The notes under the pieces were generated by a model. That model was not told the origin of the DNA and searched no databases. It saw only the letters and a list, made by a program, of their open reading frames with translations. A program made the position numbers and the translations under genes. A DNA stretch of 64,000 bases from Fistulifera solaris. Lineage: Eukaryota. Numbering within the stretch: position 1 is the first letter of the stretch; each line of letters begins with the position of its first letter. The DNA lies in assembly GCA_030295235.1 (NCBI GenBank), contig AP026137.1, positions 682,001 through 746,000 on the forward strand, written 5' to 3'. This document shows, in pieces, positions 24,313 through 35,216 of this stretch.

Positions 24313-24390
24313 TTTTATTTATTGATTTAGTCGCGACAGCGTACAACCAACACTTTACCATTATAGTGAAAACGGCAGTCGACCATACGT
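24313..24390 (+). repeat. Right TSD plus remainder of satellite unit 9
   Basis: TTTTATTTATTGATTTAGTCG|CGACAGCGTACAACCAACACTTTACCATTATAGTGAAAACGGCAGTCGACCATACGT resumes the unit exactly where it was broken. Confidence 0.95.
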
Positions 24391-24629
24391 AAAAGCAGAT
24401 TGTCCACAGTCTCGTATGTTAGAAGTCTGCTATAGTCTCAAAGTGTATGTTTACTGGTTTCGCTACTGGATTTCATTCATGAAACCATTTTTTTCGCACG
24501 GTCTGTTGTCTGTTCGTCTCGCATCGACCGCATCTACATAGACAATACCGCTGAAAAGAAAAACAATACCAGTAAAGCTGACCAAACAGATAATCTTTAT
24601 CGTATTATATTTACAAACGCATTCTTACC

Positions 24630-25391
24630 ATGACCTCGTTGAAAACACCCTTCATTGTCTTGCAGCGCCGTGGATTCTCCACGGGAACGCGAGGCGCCCG
24701 CGGTCACGGCTGGTTGACGAATTATCGTGAAGGCAAGGGCGGACGACACTTGCAAGGCGAATACTTTGACCGATCGCAAACCGATGCTCTGGCCTGGAAT
24801 CGCGCGGTTTTAGAGTTAGGAAGCAAGCGTGTCCATATCAAGGTGGTTGCGGAACCGAAATCGAGCACGGAACAAACGTTTTCGTTGGATAATTTAACGG
24901 GCGCGGCGTTCGATTTGGAGATGGATGTAGCCAGCGCCGTTTTCCCGGAAACAGCGGAAAACTTCGTCCAGCTATTAAAAGAAAAATATCGCGGAACACG
25001 ACTTTATCGGGTGGAGCGCAATGTGGGTCTATATGGTGGTGATGTTGTGACGAACACGGGCAAGGCGGGTCATGCCGCGGGCGAATTCCCTCGATTAGCG
25101 ACGACACAAGATCTTTCCTCGGCGCTGTGGCACGTGCCTGGGACGCTTTCTATGGTGGTTCCGACCGTCGGTGAGATTGATTCGCGATTTCTACTGTGCT
25201 CTCATTATGCACCGCATCTGGATGGTATTCACCGAGCGTTTGGTATGCTGACCGACGATAGCCTAGCACTGGTCAAAGAATGGCACGATACGCTCTGGAC
25301 CACGTACGGTGTACCAGCAGGGTTTGACTTGATTTTGACGGAGGGCGGCGTAATGGATGAAAGTCCCACTTCGTCGTCGCAAGCGGCATAA
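24630..25391 (+). CDS. Cyclophilin-like (PPIase fold) protein, divergent, possible mitochondrial presequence
   Basis: Motifs VFPETAENFVQL, YRGTRLYRV, GGDVVTNTGKAG, HVPGTLSM, SRFL and PHLDGIHRAFG. Arg-rich N-terminus. Confidence 0.75.
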   Translation: MTSLKTPFIVLQRRGFSTGTRGARGHGWLTNYREGKGGRHLQGEYFDRSQTDALAWNRAVLELGSKRVHIKVVAEPKSSTEQTFSLDNLTGAAFDLEMDVASAVFPETAENFVQLLKEKYRGTRLYRVERNVGLYGGDVVTNTGKAGHAAGEFPRLATTQDLSSALWHVPGTLSMVVPTVGEIDSRFLLCSHYAPHLDGIHRAFGMLTDDSLALVKEWHDTLWTTYGVPAGFDLILTEGGVMDESPTSSSQAA

Positions 25392-25481
25392 CTCGAAAAA
25401 GTAATTGTTCTCTAAATTGTTTACTAAGAGAGTGCTATTCTTGAGTCAATAAATAAACGATTAGAAGGGATCTGAGTCTAG

Positions 25482-26563
25482 CTATTCGTTTGTTATGAAG
25501 AAGTCGGCATTCGGCGTTGTGCTTGTATTATTGTCGTATCGTCGAAAGCAGTCTGTAAAAAATTGTTCAAAGGCCGCCAATAGTTCCAATCGCACAGGTT
25601 GTGATTCTTTCAACAGTTGCAATTGCTTCTTTTTGTACAAAGACCTTCCGTCCGATGTTTCAATAGGAATAGCCGTAATTCCGTAGGCCGATGCATCATA
25701 AGGACTCGCCGCCACATCCAGTCGCCGCGCCTGGACTGCCAAAGATAAACACCGTAGTTTCAAGTCGGCCGATATGAACGGCTGCAACTTTGTAATCATT
25801 TTAAACAAATCCATGGTAGCATGCAGACAAGCCGGTTGCTCATTGATCAGCTGCTGGTCTCGGCTGACTAATGGAACTGTATTCAAGGGCAGAGCTGTCG
25901 GTGCAAAGAACCGCAATGCATCGTAGTGTGTACAGCAGACGCCATTCCGCTCCACCGCTGCATTCAACGTATCGCGATCGACCCGTAATGGCAAATGTTT
26001 TTGATATTTTCCACTTTGGGGTGGAGGACTCCCGGGAGGATGGTACTGCATGGCCCATTCGTGTAAATTGTAGCAGTGCAGGACCGGGTCTCTCTGTGTC
26101 GATTGTTGCAAGACCTTGTAATACCAGACAAAGGCAGATGCGGGGCCCACTAAATCTTCCGATGATAGATAGTAATTAGATGGGCAGTAAGATATGCCTG
26201 CAGATTGAACAGAAGCACCACGCAGCGGCAATAGATCACCCAGATCATCTAATTTGGCACCTTCCAAAAAGACCGGATAGGTCGGCAAGGACCATTGTTT
26301 CAGTTTGCGGACACCCTTGGCGCCTTTCATGCCGTAATATTCGATGAAGAAGTTGTAGACGGGATGTTTTGCATCCAACGCATCGTTTGATAAACCGGGT
26401 CGCAAAAGTTCGTGGACGTGTTCGGCGTGCTGAGCTGCCGCGGTCCTCCACACCGACTCGCGAAGAATGGTCGTTGTAACCGCTCGATGTGCGGCTGTAC
26501 TCATTCCAGCAGTGCTCTTTGGCAAAATCAAAAGAAACAACACTGCAAAACGAGTCTGGAACA
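25482..26563 (-). CDS. Conserved protein of the family annotated in bacteria (mainly Actinobacteria) as '3-methyladenine DNA glycosylase'
   Basis: Motifs KHPVYNFFIEYY, HCYNLHEWAMQY, CTHYDALRFF, EQPACLHATMDLFK and LDVAASPYD. The likely start is MFQTRFAV (~26563), although the ORF extends to 26687. The family is recalled from memory and the activity is unverified. Confidence 0.65.
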
Positions 26564-26691
26564 TGTTATAGCATGGTAGTAGTTTCGATACTAACTGCGA
26601 ATGATGATGGAATAAAAGTACGACGAGGGTTGCGTCAAAATGAAAATGGTTGGTTTTTCCCTCCTCTCCTTTACTATCGCCTTGCAAGAAT

Positions 26692-26986
26692 CTACGGATT
26701 TTACTTAGCGGAGCGACATAAAAGTTGATGGATTGTAGTTAAAAACTTAAAGCCGTTTCACCACTATGGTTGACTGTGTACCTTGATATCCATAAGGGGC
26801 TGCTTGTGGTGATCTATCTTATTAAGGTTATCCAACTTTTAAGCCGTATAACCTTAATAGGATGAATGAAACTGATTGTGCTTTAAGGATTTCCCTCTAC
26901 ACAGTCAACGATAGTCCAGGAGTGGTTTTGGTTGGTTAATTAAAATCCATCAAATTCAATGTCGTTCTGTTAAGTAAAATCCGTAG
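26692..26986. mobile_element. Fold-back MITE-like element (~295 bp imperfect palindrome), possible TA target duplication
   Basis: Left end CTACGGATTTTACTTAGCGGAGCGACATAAAAGTTGATGGATT versus reverse complement of the right end CTACGGATTTTACTTAACAGAACGACATTGAATTTGATGGATT. Inner pairs are GTTGACTGTGTA/TACACAGTCAAC and TATTAAGGTTAT/ATAACCTTAATA. Confidence 0.85.
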
Positions 26987-27120
26987 CTTTTCACAAGGGG
27001 GGTTGTAAGGCAAAAATCGAAAAAGTTGGCTCCGGTTGTTGCATTGCATGAGAATACTACGTAGATTTTAGAATTGTAATGAATAATCCATAACGCATAA
27101 ATGAACATACGATTATAAAA

Positions 27121-30100
27121 ATGGACGCGAATGAGGAGAAAGAACCGTTCGACGAGGAGGACGACGAAGAAGAGGAGGACGAAGATTTCGCGGAAGAAGA
27201 CGCCGAGAATAGTGATGAAGATCCTGTCGCGGAAGGTGATGCCATCCCCGCACAAGACATAGAGCCTTCTTACGAGAAAGCCAATAGTCTTCCCTTCTTT
27301 ACACTGTGTAGACGACTCGAAGGTTTATGGAAAGCGACTCGTGGTCGGATCAAGAAAAAGAATGTGAAACTCGAGAGGGCCGACAAACTGCGTGCCATCC
27401 TACCGGAAACACTTTTGAATTATCTCTCGACCCCTCTCGTTCCCGGCGGTCCACCGGAATCTGCATTTCCCCTCATTCGGTTACTCATACCCGACAAAGA
27501 TGCGAGCCGATACTTTAATGCAAAAGAAAACACAATCGCGATGACGTATGCTGGTGCTTTTCAACTATCCAAACGACCGGGAGGTCCGTACGAGATGTTG
27601 GCGCATTATAGAGAACCTAACATTGTAAATGACCCGGCAGCAGTGGGAGATTTTGCCTTAGTGGTGAAGAAGGTCTTGAAAGATCGCATCGTGCATGATA
27701 AAACGGAGAAGAGCGGGTCGGATTGGACCGTCGGTGATATCAATCACTTTTTGGATGAGCTCGCGAACCTGAAGCACAAATCAGTTGCCGCCAAAGCGAC
27801 GCAAGGAGCGAATGCGAAGTCATTGAAAGATCTGCGCATCGAACTATTTCGGGAGCTGAGTAAGCCGAGAAGTAAAGACGGCGCGCCGCTGTCCCCCTTG
27901 GAGCATTGTTGGTTGGTGAGAATTATTCAACAAGACATGAAATTCGGTGTTGGGTGGCGTAATCTGGTAAGTAACACGAAAAGTGACTATGAACGCGTTT
28001 CTTTTGGTTTTAGCTGAAATTTCCTTGATGAAAAGCTGGAATGGTTTAACAAGCATGCGGCTGCTCTCTACGATGCCCACACCAGCTTGAAAGCCATTTG
28101 CAAGACTCTGTGTCTTCCCGACTTTGTAGGAAATCATGGGCAGGAAAATGCAGAGACCGACGCAGACAAACCGACCACGTCCTATATTATTTCTTCGAAT
28201 GTTAGTTTAACTTTCGGACGACCGTTCAAACCGATGCTTTCAGCGAAAACTTCTTTTGAGAAGTGTCTGGATGATATATCGAATAGGCATCGTGTCTTTG
28301 TCAACAAGCTGCCAGATGATCACCCCCTTCACCAAAGTCTCACCTTTCGGAATCCAGTTTTCTCAGTTGAGACAAAATTGGACGGTGAGAGGATGATCGT
28401 TCATGCTAGCCGAGATGGAGCCATTAAGATTCATTCAAGAGTGGGAAACTGGTACAGGTGAGTCAATTCTTCTATCGCTTGTATATAAATCATTATTTAC
28501 AAAGCGTCGCTTAATTTCCTTCCTTCTTTTTGACAGTGACCTGTACAGCCCAGTATTAGGCCCGTCGTTGCGACAAGCACTTGCGGGGAACGTAATAGAT
28601 GTGTGAGTATTGCGTGTTTGGAACGTCTTCTCACTCATTGGGCGTTACTGACTTTGCAATGTTTCCTTTACATTCCTGCTACAGTGTTTTCGACGGAGAG
28701 ATTCTTGCTTATGATGCCGGCAGAAAGGAAACCATCCCTTTTGGACAGAATAGGACTGTTGCTAATCTCCGAAGACAGTGGATGCAGCGATCCAACATGG
28801 TTGATGAACGGGACACTCTTCGGCACGATGCTGATAAGCATGATAATATTATTACAACGAATCATGTGGCTAACAGGATGCATATGTCGTCGGACGCAGA
28901 TCTGGCTGGAGAGGAATGTTGGCTGCAGTTTGTTGCTTTTGATATTTTGTATATCAACGGTCCTGACGCTTCACGTCTCCTTGAGGAAACTGTTTCTTCT
29001 CATATCGTACCTCGTCCCGAACCAGGTGCAATCACCAGTCTTGATGGAATTGAAAGAAAGCGACTGCTATACAGAGTCCTCCAACAACAAGAAAATGAAG
29101 TACAAATTGTGGCCACTTGGGTGATTCGTCCTGACGGGGAGTTGGTTGAGGGGTCGGACTACTTTCGCTTCGATGACCCACTCTGTGATTTTGGCTATCT
29201 TAAAACGGATCTTGATTCGCTTTCTTGGACGCTTTCTCAAGATAAAGCGACGATATTGAATCTTGAGCAGAAAAGACGTCATTGTCTTAGAAATAGCAGT
29301 GTAAGCGAAGCTCGGGCAAGTGCCGTCAACGAGATTTACGGAAAGATGGTGGAGGACCAACGAATGGAAGGCCTTGTTTTTAAGGATTTATCTTGTCCTT
29401 ATTATCTTGGGGATGAGTCGAGAAACCTAGCTTATTGGCACAAATTCAAGCCGGATTATCACAATGGTTCCAGTGCTAGCGATTTAGACCTAGTCATTAT
29501 TGGCGCGTATTTCGCTTCTGGCCTTCGCCTTGCTGGGATGCCGTCAAGCTTCCTTTGTGCATGCGTTGACTCAAAGGACCCAGAAGTTTTCTTTCCTCTT
29601 TGTAAAGTCAACGCGGGCTCAATGAGACAGGAGGTGCTACATGATCTATTTAAAAGCACAGGGTTTACAAAAATGGCGAAACAGGGAAATACGACGTTGG
29701 TCAAAAATGGTTTAAAGAACAAGGTCGGAATATTCCTGACTTTGTGACGACTAGAACATATCAGCCCAGTGTTCATTCTGGATGGAAAGTGCGTAGTGCC
29801 GATTACCCCGATTTATGGATTCATCCTTCTGACTCAAGGATCATAACTCTGAATGCTGGTATGTATATTCTGGAAAGCTGACCCTATTCAAGTTACTTGG
29901 TTACTCACCGAATGACTTGTGCCGCAAAATAGGTGAAATTGTATCTAGTGACGCCTTTTCTGCTGGTGTGACGCTTAGATTTCCTCGGGTCACTGCGCTT
30001 CGGGATGATTCAGAAAAGAACGTGTCGGATGTCGAAACAGAATTTCAGTTATGGTCAATCTATCAGGAGACACTAGCTACTCGCTCTGACGTTGTGACCG

Positions 30101-31310
30101 GCATCACCTTCTCGTCTCCGGCAAACAATGGCAATGCCGCTCGTAATATTCTGTGTAGATTCTTGACTGAGGAGCAACTGAACGAATCCAAAAGAAGAAA
30201 ACCAAGTCTCGTACAAAGAGAGAAATGCCGAGAGTGGACATTGCAGATCTCGTGGAGAAAGTAGAGAGTGATCGGTTGACTGGAATGGTCATATTCGTTC
30301 TTGAGGGGACTTATTTTCTCGACGAAAACTTCATTTACGAAGACGAGGCCAAAGAAGCTGGGTGGCTTGAAGAAGCGAAAAAGATTAGATCCAGCCAGGA
30401 TCTTCAGTTATTCATCAGAAAACATTCGGGGACAGTTTATTCAAACGCCGATACAAAAGCTCTCGTAGCAGCTGATGGAAGATCCCTCGTAGTAGGGGGG
30501 GCGCAAGGATGACGCGCGGGTGGTCTCACATGTCCAAGCCATTAAAAACTATCGCTCCGAGGTCGAGAGCTGGCATGGCAAGAAGCCCAAAACGAAGCGT
30601 GCCGGCGATGTCGAACTATTAGCCGCACGAAAGGGCGTTGTGCGATGGAGCTACCTTTTTCACTAGTCTATGGCTCAAGATCCGCTGACCCTAAATTCAT
30701 GGACTACTTAGTTTTTGCTTCACCGGGTGGTGATCCTACAAACTACCTTTTGACAGCTGTTTGTACAGAAGAAATACAGTCCGCAACTTACCTTCAGCGC
30801 GTCCTCGCTGCTCTTTCCGATTCCAGAACAACGCGGCCTAAATTGTTATCATGGCAAGATCAGGCCGAACGATTTCTCGACCCATCGGAGCGATGGATCG
30901 TTGCGTCGAAGTACCAGACCTTGTGGCCATACCGAAAATCAGAAGCAATAGTCAAGCGGTCTGAAGTCTTTTACATTGCTCGCGGTAATGATGGAATGGT
31001 CGACGAAAATTTGCTGTCTAGCTCCTCGGCAGGTACGACGTATGAATCCTTGCTTCCGCTTGTTAGAGTAATGGGTGCTCGAGCTTCGTTCAAATTAAGT
31101 ACTGATGTAACGTATGTGATCTGTGACTTAGTTGAAGGGGGAGATATTGCATTCACATACGATTTGAGTCCAAGCATATTCTCTGACGCGGAGACGGGAA
31201 TTAAACTACTCAGTACGCTGAAGAACTTTTGCATGCAGCACGAGAAAGATGATATCCGCTTGATATCGCCTAGTACGATACGCAAGCGGAAGTGGTGCGA
31301 TGCTGATTGA
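27121..31310 (+). CDS. LIG4: DNA ligase IV
   Basis: DBD FPLIRLLIPDKD, adenylation motif ETKLDGERM, VFDGE, FVAFDILY, EGLVFKD, WHKFKPDY, DLDLVIIGAYF, TLRFPRV and BRCT-like C-terminal regions. Introns 27967-28035, 28458-28536, 28603-28684 and 29859-29932. Apparent frameshifts near 29680, 30200, 30500 and 30650. Confidence 0.9.
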
Positions 31311-31528
31311 TATGTGAACAAGAGAGTGCTGATGACATGATCGAAAACCGCTCTGCCCCCACCAGTGACTATAAATTGTTGTTTTTTCAATTCAATGCTG
31401 TCGACCTCAAAACCCTAAATTTCTAGCACTTTGTCGTCAGACAAAACTAGCTAAGCGCTGCGAGTCAAAACGAAACTATGTTCATAATCAATATTTATGA
31501 AGAAGCGCAAAATATTAACAATCTACAA

Positions 31529-32578
31529 TTATTTCCTCTTGGCTCGTTTAATCTTTTTCATTTCTAACTCCCGCTCCCACTCCGCACGTACCAACTTGAA
31601 TAGTTCCATAGTCGCTCTAGCATCCGTTACAGAATCGTGCGAGTCGGCTTGAAAATCCGGGAGCTCCAAATTTTCCCGCACAAGATCCCGCAGCTTTCGT
31701 GGTCGCCATTTATTTCCGCCGTATCGTTGAAAGGGGCGGTACTTCGTTGTGTCTCTCACGTCACTGTGCACAAGCATTAGTGCGTTGAAATCATTCTTCA
31801 AGGCGTGTCCCACAACAACTTTATTTTGTATCAATGCCGCCACCGTTTCCCGGCATTTTTCCACGTCCATGGCATCTTTCTTTAGATGCTTGGGCTGAAC
31901 GCCCGATACCCAGGTACGGAAATCTGTAACTCGCGTGGGCACTTTCACGAATGTGTCGAGAACGACCTTTCCATACCAATCGACCAACGATACTCGAGCC
32001 AGTACGGATGTTTTGCCAGAGTCACCAATACCGACCATCTCGCAATCTAATGCGATGTATTTTTGCTTATATTCTTCCGAAAGGCTGGCCTCCAATGCCT
32101 CAATCTTTTCGCGCTGAGCTTGTTTTTCTTTCTCCTGTTTCTCTAGTTTCACGAGTTCGTTGAGAATCGGAAACGACTTCTTCTTCGATTTTTTCTTTGC
32201 TTGATTATCATTTAGTTGTGACATCGTATTAGCGTCCTCGTTAGGATCTCTGAATTCGAGTTTGTCGGGGTCCTCGCCGGCATTCTTTGCTTTCCGACGA
32301 CATTCTTTCCGAAATTTCTTCTTCTCCTGTGCTGTCTTTAGTTCTGCAGGTATAACTACAACATTACTGCTTTCATGAAATCGGGGTCGCTTTAAGCTAT
32401 TCGAATCGTCTTCCTGAGTTGAGTTTTCCGACAAAAGCCGCTTCTTGGATACAGCGTCTTCCTGGAGTTGGTCGTCATGAGACGTTGATTCGCTGGCATT
32501 TTGTTGATCGCCCAGCTTTTGCTTTTTGCGACGTCTCTCGCGCATCAATTGTTTCTGCTTCTTCGTAAAGAAAGCCAT
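31529..32578 (-). CDS. REX4: RNA exonuclease 4 (DEDDh)
   Basis: Motifs IALDCEMVG, LARVSLVD, VTDFRTWVSG, VVGHALKNDF and HDSVTDARATMELF. Basic N-terminus. Confidence 0.9.
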   Translation of the reverse strand: MAFFTKKQKQLMRERRRKKQKLGDQQNASESTSHDDQLQEDAVSKKRLLSENSTQEDDSNSLKRPRFHESSNVVVIPAELKTAQEKKKFRKECRRKAKNAGEDPDKLEFRDPNEDANTMSQLNDNQAKKKSKKKSFPILNELVKLEKQEKEKQAQREKIEALEASLSEEYKQKYIALDCEMVGIGDSGKTSVLARVSLVDWYGKVVLDTFVKVPTRVTDFRTWVSGVQPKHLKKDAMDVEKCRETVAALIQNKVVVGHALKNDFNALMLVHSDVRDTTKYRPFQRYGGNKWRPRKLRDLVRENLELPDFQADSHDSVTDARATMELFKLVRAEWERELEMKKIKRAKRK

Positions 32579-33221
32579 GTTTTGTTAATATTAATGAGAC
32601 AAGATGCATTCACTTCACAATGATTGAAAGGGCTGGATAAAGTCCACTATTTATAATAATCATCATCATCATCATTCATCATGTCGTTTCACTTTTTGGT
32701 TGGTTGCGCGCGGAAGATTGTGGGCTTTCCGTGAGTCACGAGCGTGATCACAAAGAAACCGGACAAAAAACAGACGAAAATTCACGACTGAACTCCAGTC
32801 GTGTGGCTACACACTGAACCCTACGTCGATTTTTAGACACCATCAACCGTTACAAAGAAAAGCTTGTAATAATCGTACCACAAATTAAGCTAAAATTTGA
32901 AGGTATTGTGACATAATCCTTCAAGTTCAGCAAAAACAAAGACTACAGTCTCTAAATGAACGAAATTAAAATAAACTTTGAATGGCTGTATCTTGTCATT
33001 CACGACCGCTTGATAAGATCCCATAAATTTATAACCGAAGCAAAGGAGAAGAGAAAGAAAATCATTATCTTCCAAGTTCTAGAGACGTAAGTAATTGACG
33101 GGTGTAACGTCAATGTTATTCCCTACTTGACAGAGGAAGAATGCCAACAGTTCCGTCCAGATCAAAAAAGCCATAGATTGGTGATACATGCTATAAGTAG
33201 TACTATGGATAGTCAAAACAG

Positions 33222-34714
33222 TTAAATTTCATGATTGTGCAGGACAACCGTTTCGAGCGCCTGGCAACGCTTTTCCAAACGATCGAAATAGAGGGCTGCC
33301 GTTTGCTCCAATTCGTCTCTCATGGTCCGATGTGTCGCCTCCATTTCTTCCCTCTTGTTTTCAAGTAATGTTTGAAGATGCAGAACTTCAGCCTCCCCTG
33401 CTTGCACGCGAGACATGTCCAGCCGACGATCTTTCTCTACTTGGAGCAAGGATGCTTTTGCAGCATCGATAGCTTCTTGTACAGCTTGTTGCTGCACTTG
33501 TTGTTGCTGTTTCTGATAAACAGCCATTTCTTGCACTCGATTCAGCTCTCGTTCGGCCAAAACAATCGCTTGTTGTGTTTCAGATCGACGCTTTTCATTG
33601 GCATTGAGTTGTGTGTAGCTCGTTTTGCATTCGTTCTCCAAGTCACTTTGCTGCATCGCGATTTGCTCGACTTCTTTCAGCTTCTCGGTGGCTGCTTTTA
33701 CATCCTGTTCTAACGCCTTTGCACGGACAATCATACCCTTACATTCACCAATCTCTTTCTCGAGTTGCTGAGCTTCGTCCTTTACTTGCTGAACTTGCTC
33801 GCGACGATGCGATACTTGCGACAGGCGGCGATCCGGACTAGAGACAATCTGATGGCGCAAATTCTCTTCCTCGGCTTGTGCTTCTTCTAAAGCCCAACCA
33901 GCTGTAGTAAGTTGATCCGCGAGTTCGTTTGCTTGCTTCTTCAAGACGGCTGCCTCCTCACGAGCTGCTGCTTGTTGGCGGTTCTTGCGAGTTATTTCTA
34001 GCTCAAGCTCTTCGCACTCATTAATAACTTCTTGCATTTCCTGGCTTTTAAAAGCAGAATCCTGTTCTTTCTCTTCCAACAAGGCGTGCAGTTTGGCGTT
34101 TTCTTCTTTGAGTTCCTCCAGATTTGCAATCATGTGGTCGCGCTGAATTTCGATTTGTAATGAGCAAGAATTATCAAGGATCGAGAAGAACGCCAAGCAC
34201 AAACACTTACCGGCTCTCGTAACTCTGCGTAGATCTGGAGCTGCGATTCACGGAATTTCGCCAAGTTAATAATAGCGGACAGCTGAAATCGAAGACGCTT
34301 CGGCTCGGGATGATACAAATCGCGCCAGGAAAATTCATAGTAGCCACAAACCGACATGAGTTGCTGCAGTGCCTCAAAAAAGTTCCATTCATTGAAGTTT
34401 CCGTCGTGTAGATCTGGGTATGCCACCGAATCGGCAGAGAAGTTGAGCGGCTTTTCAAAGTCTTCTTCTGTTTTACCCGCGCAGATCCAAAGCTGTAGTA
34501 AGGGTTAGTCACAGCTATACTTTGACCATACATTGCATCAGTTTGAACGTACCAGCTGAGTGAACACTTGTCGGAGTTTCTCTCGATGTTTTGCTGGTTC
34601 AAGCAACTCGGTTTTTGAAAAGTCGATACCCAACTCCTCCAAGCACTCCAAAATATTGGAGTTTTTGAGTACGGGAAAAATCATAGCGGGAGCGGATGAT
34701 GTTGTCAAGTCCAT
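33222..34714 (-). CDS. NUF2: Kinetochore protein Nuf2
   Basis: FPVLKNSNILECLEELGI...LLEP and FSWRDLYHPEPKRLRFQLSAIINLAKFRE, then a long coiled coil with IVSSPDR. Introns 34493-34552 and 34143-34210 restore the frame. Confidence 0.9.
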
Positions 34715-35216
34715 GATTGCAGCTATCTTCGAGTTGGTGACAAGAGGATCACAATGTTAAAACGAATGACAATGAAGATAAATCGATGAAGCAAAACGAA
34801 ATGATGAGAGTGACAAAAAATCAAAGGGTCTGCTGTCGGCGCGCGCGATGTTTTTTTATGGTTTTATCCGGATCGTATAGATCAAATAAAATGTTTGTCT
34901 ATCGAACTTTCCGTTGAAAGTAATATGTCACAGTACCATATATCATTCTCTTGTAAAAATAGGCCGTTGAAAGGTGTCACGTTTCTTACATAAGGGCAGT
35001 GGCTGAACACCCACCCTAATGAGGACAAATCTCGTCCTTCGTGAGATTTTCCGGCAAGGAAGCTGCGGCGTAATACTACGTACTTTGTATCGAAAGCACC
35101 ACGCCTCCCGGAAAAACTGTGAGGCGATATTATTTATTGCTACTTCATTATCGTTGCTTCAAAGCTTCTGACTGACATATCAGTCGGAACAGAACTTAAT
35201 TTGATCAATTTTAAGG

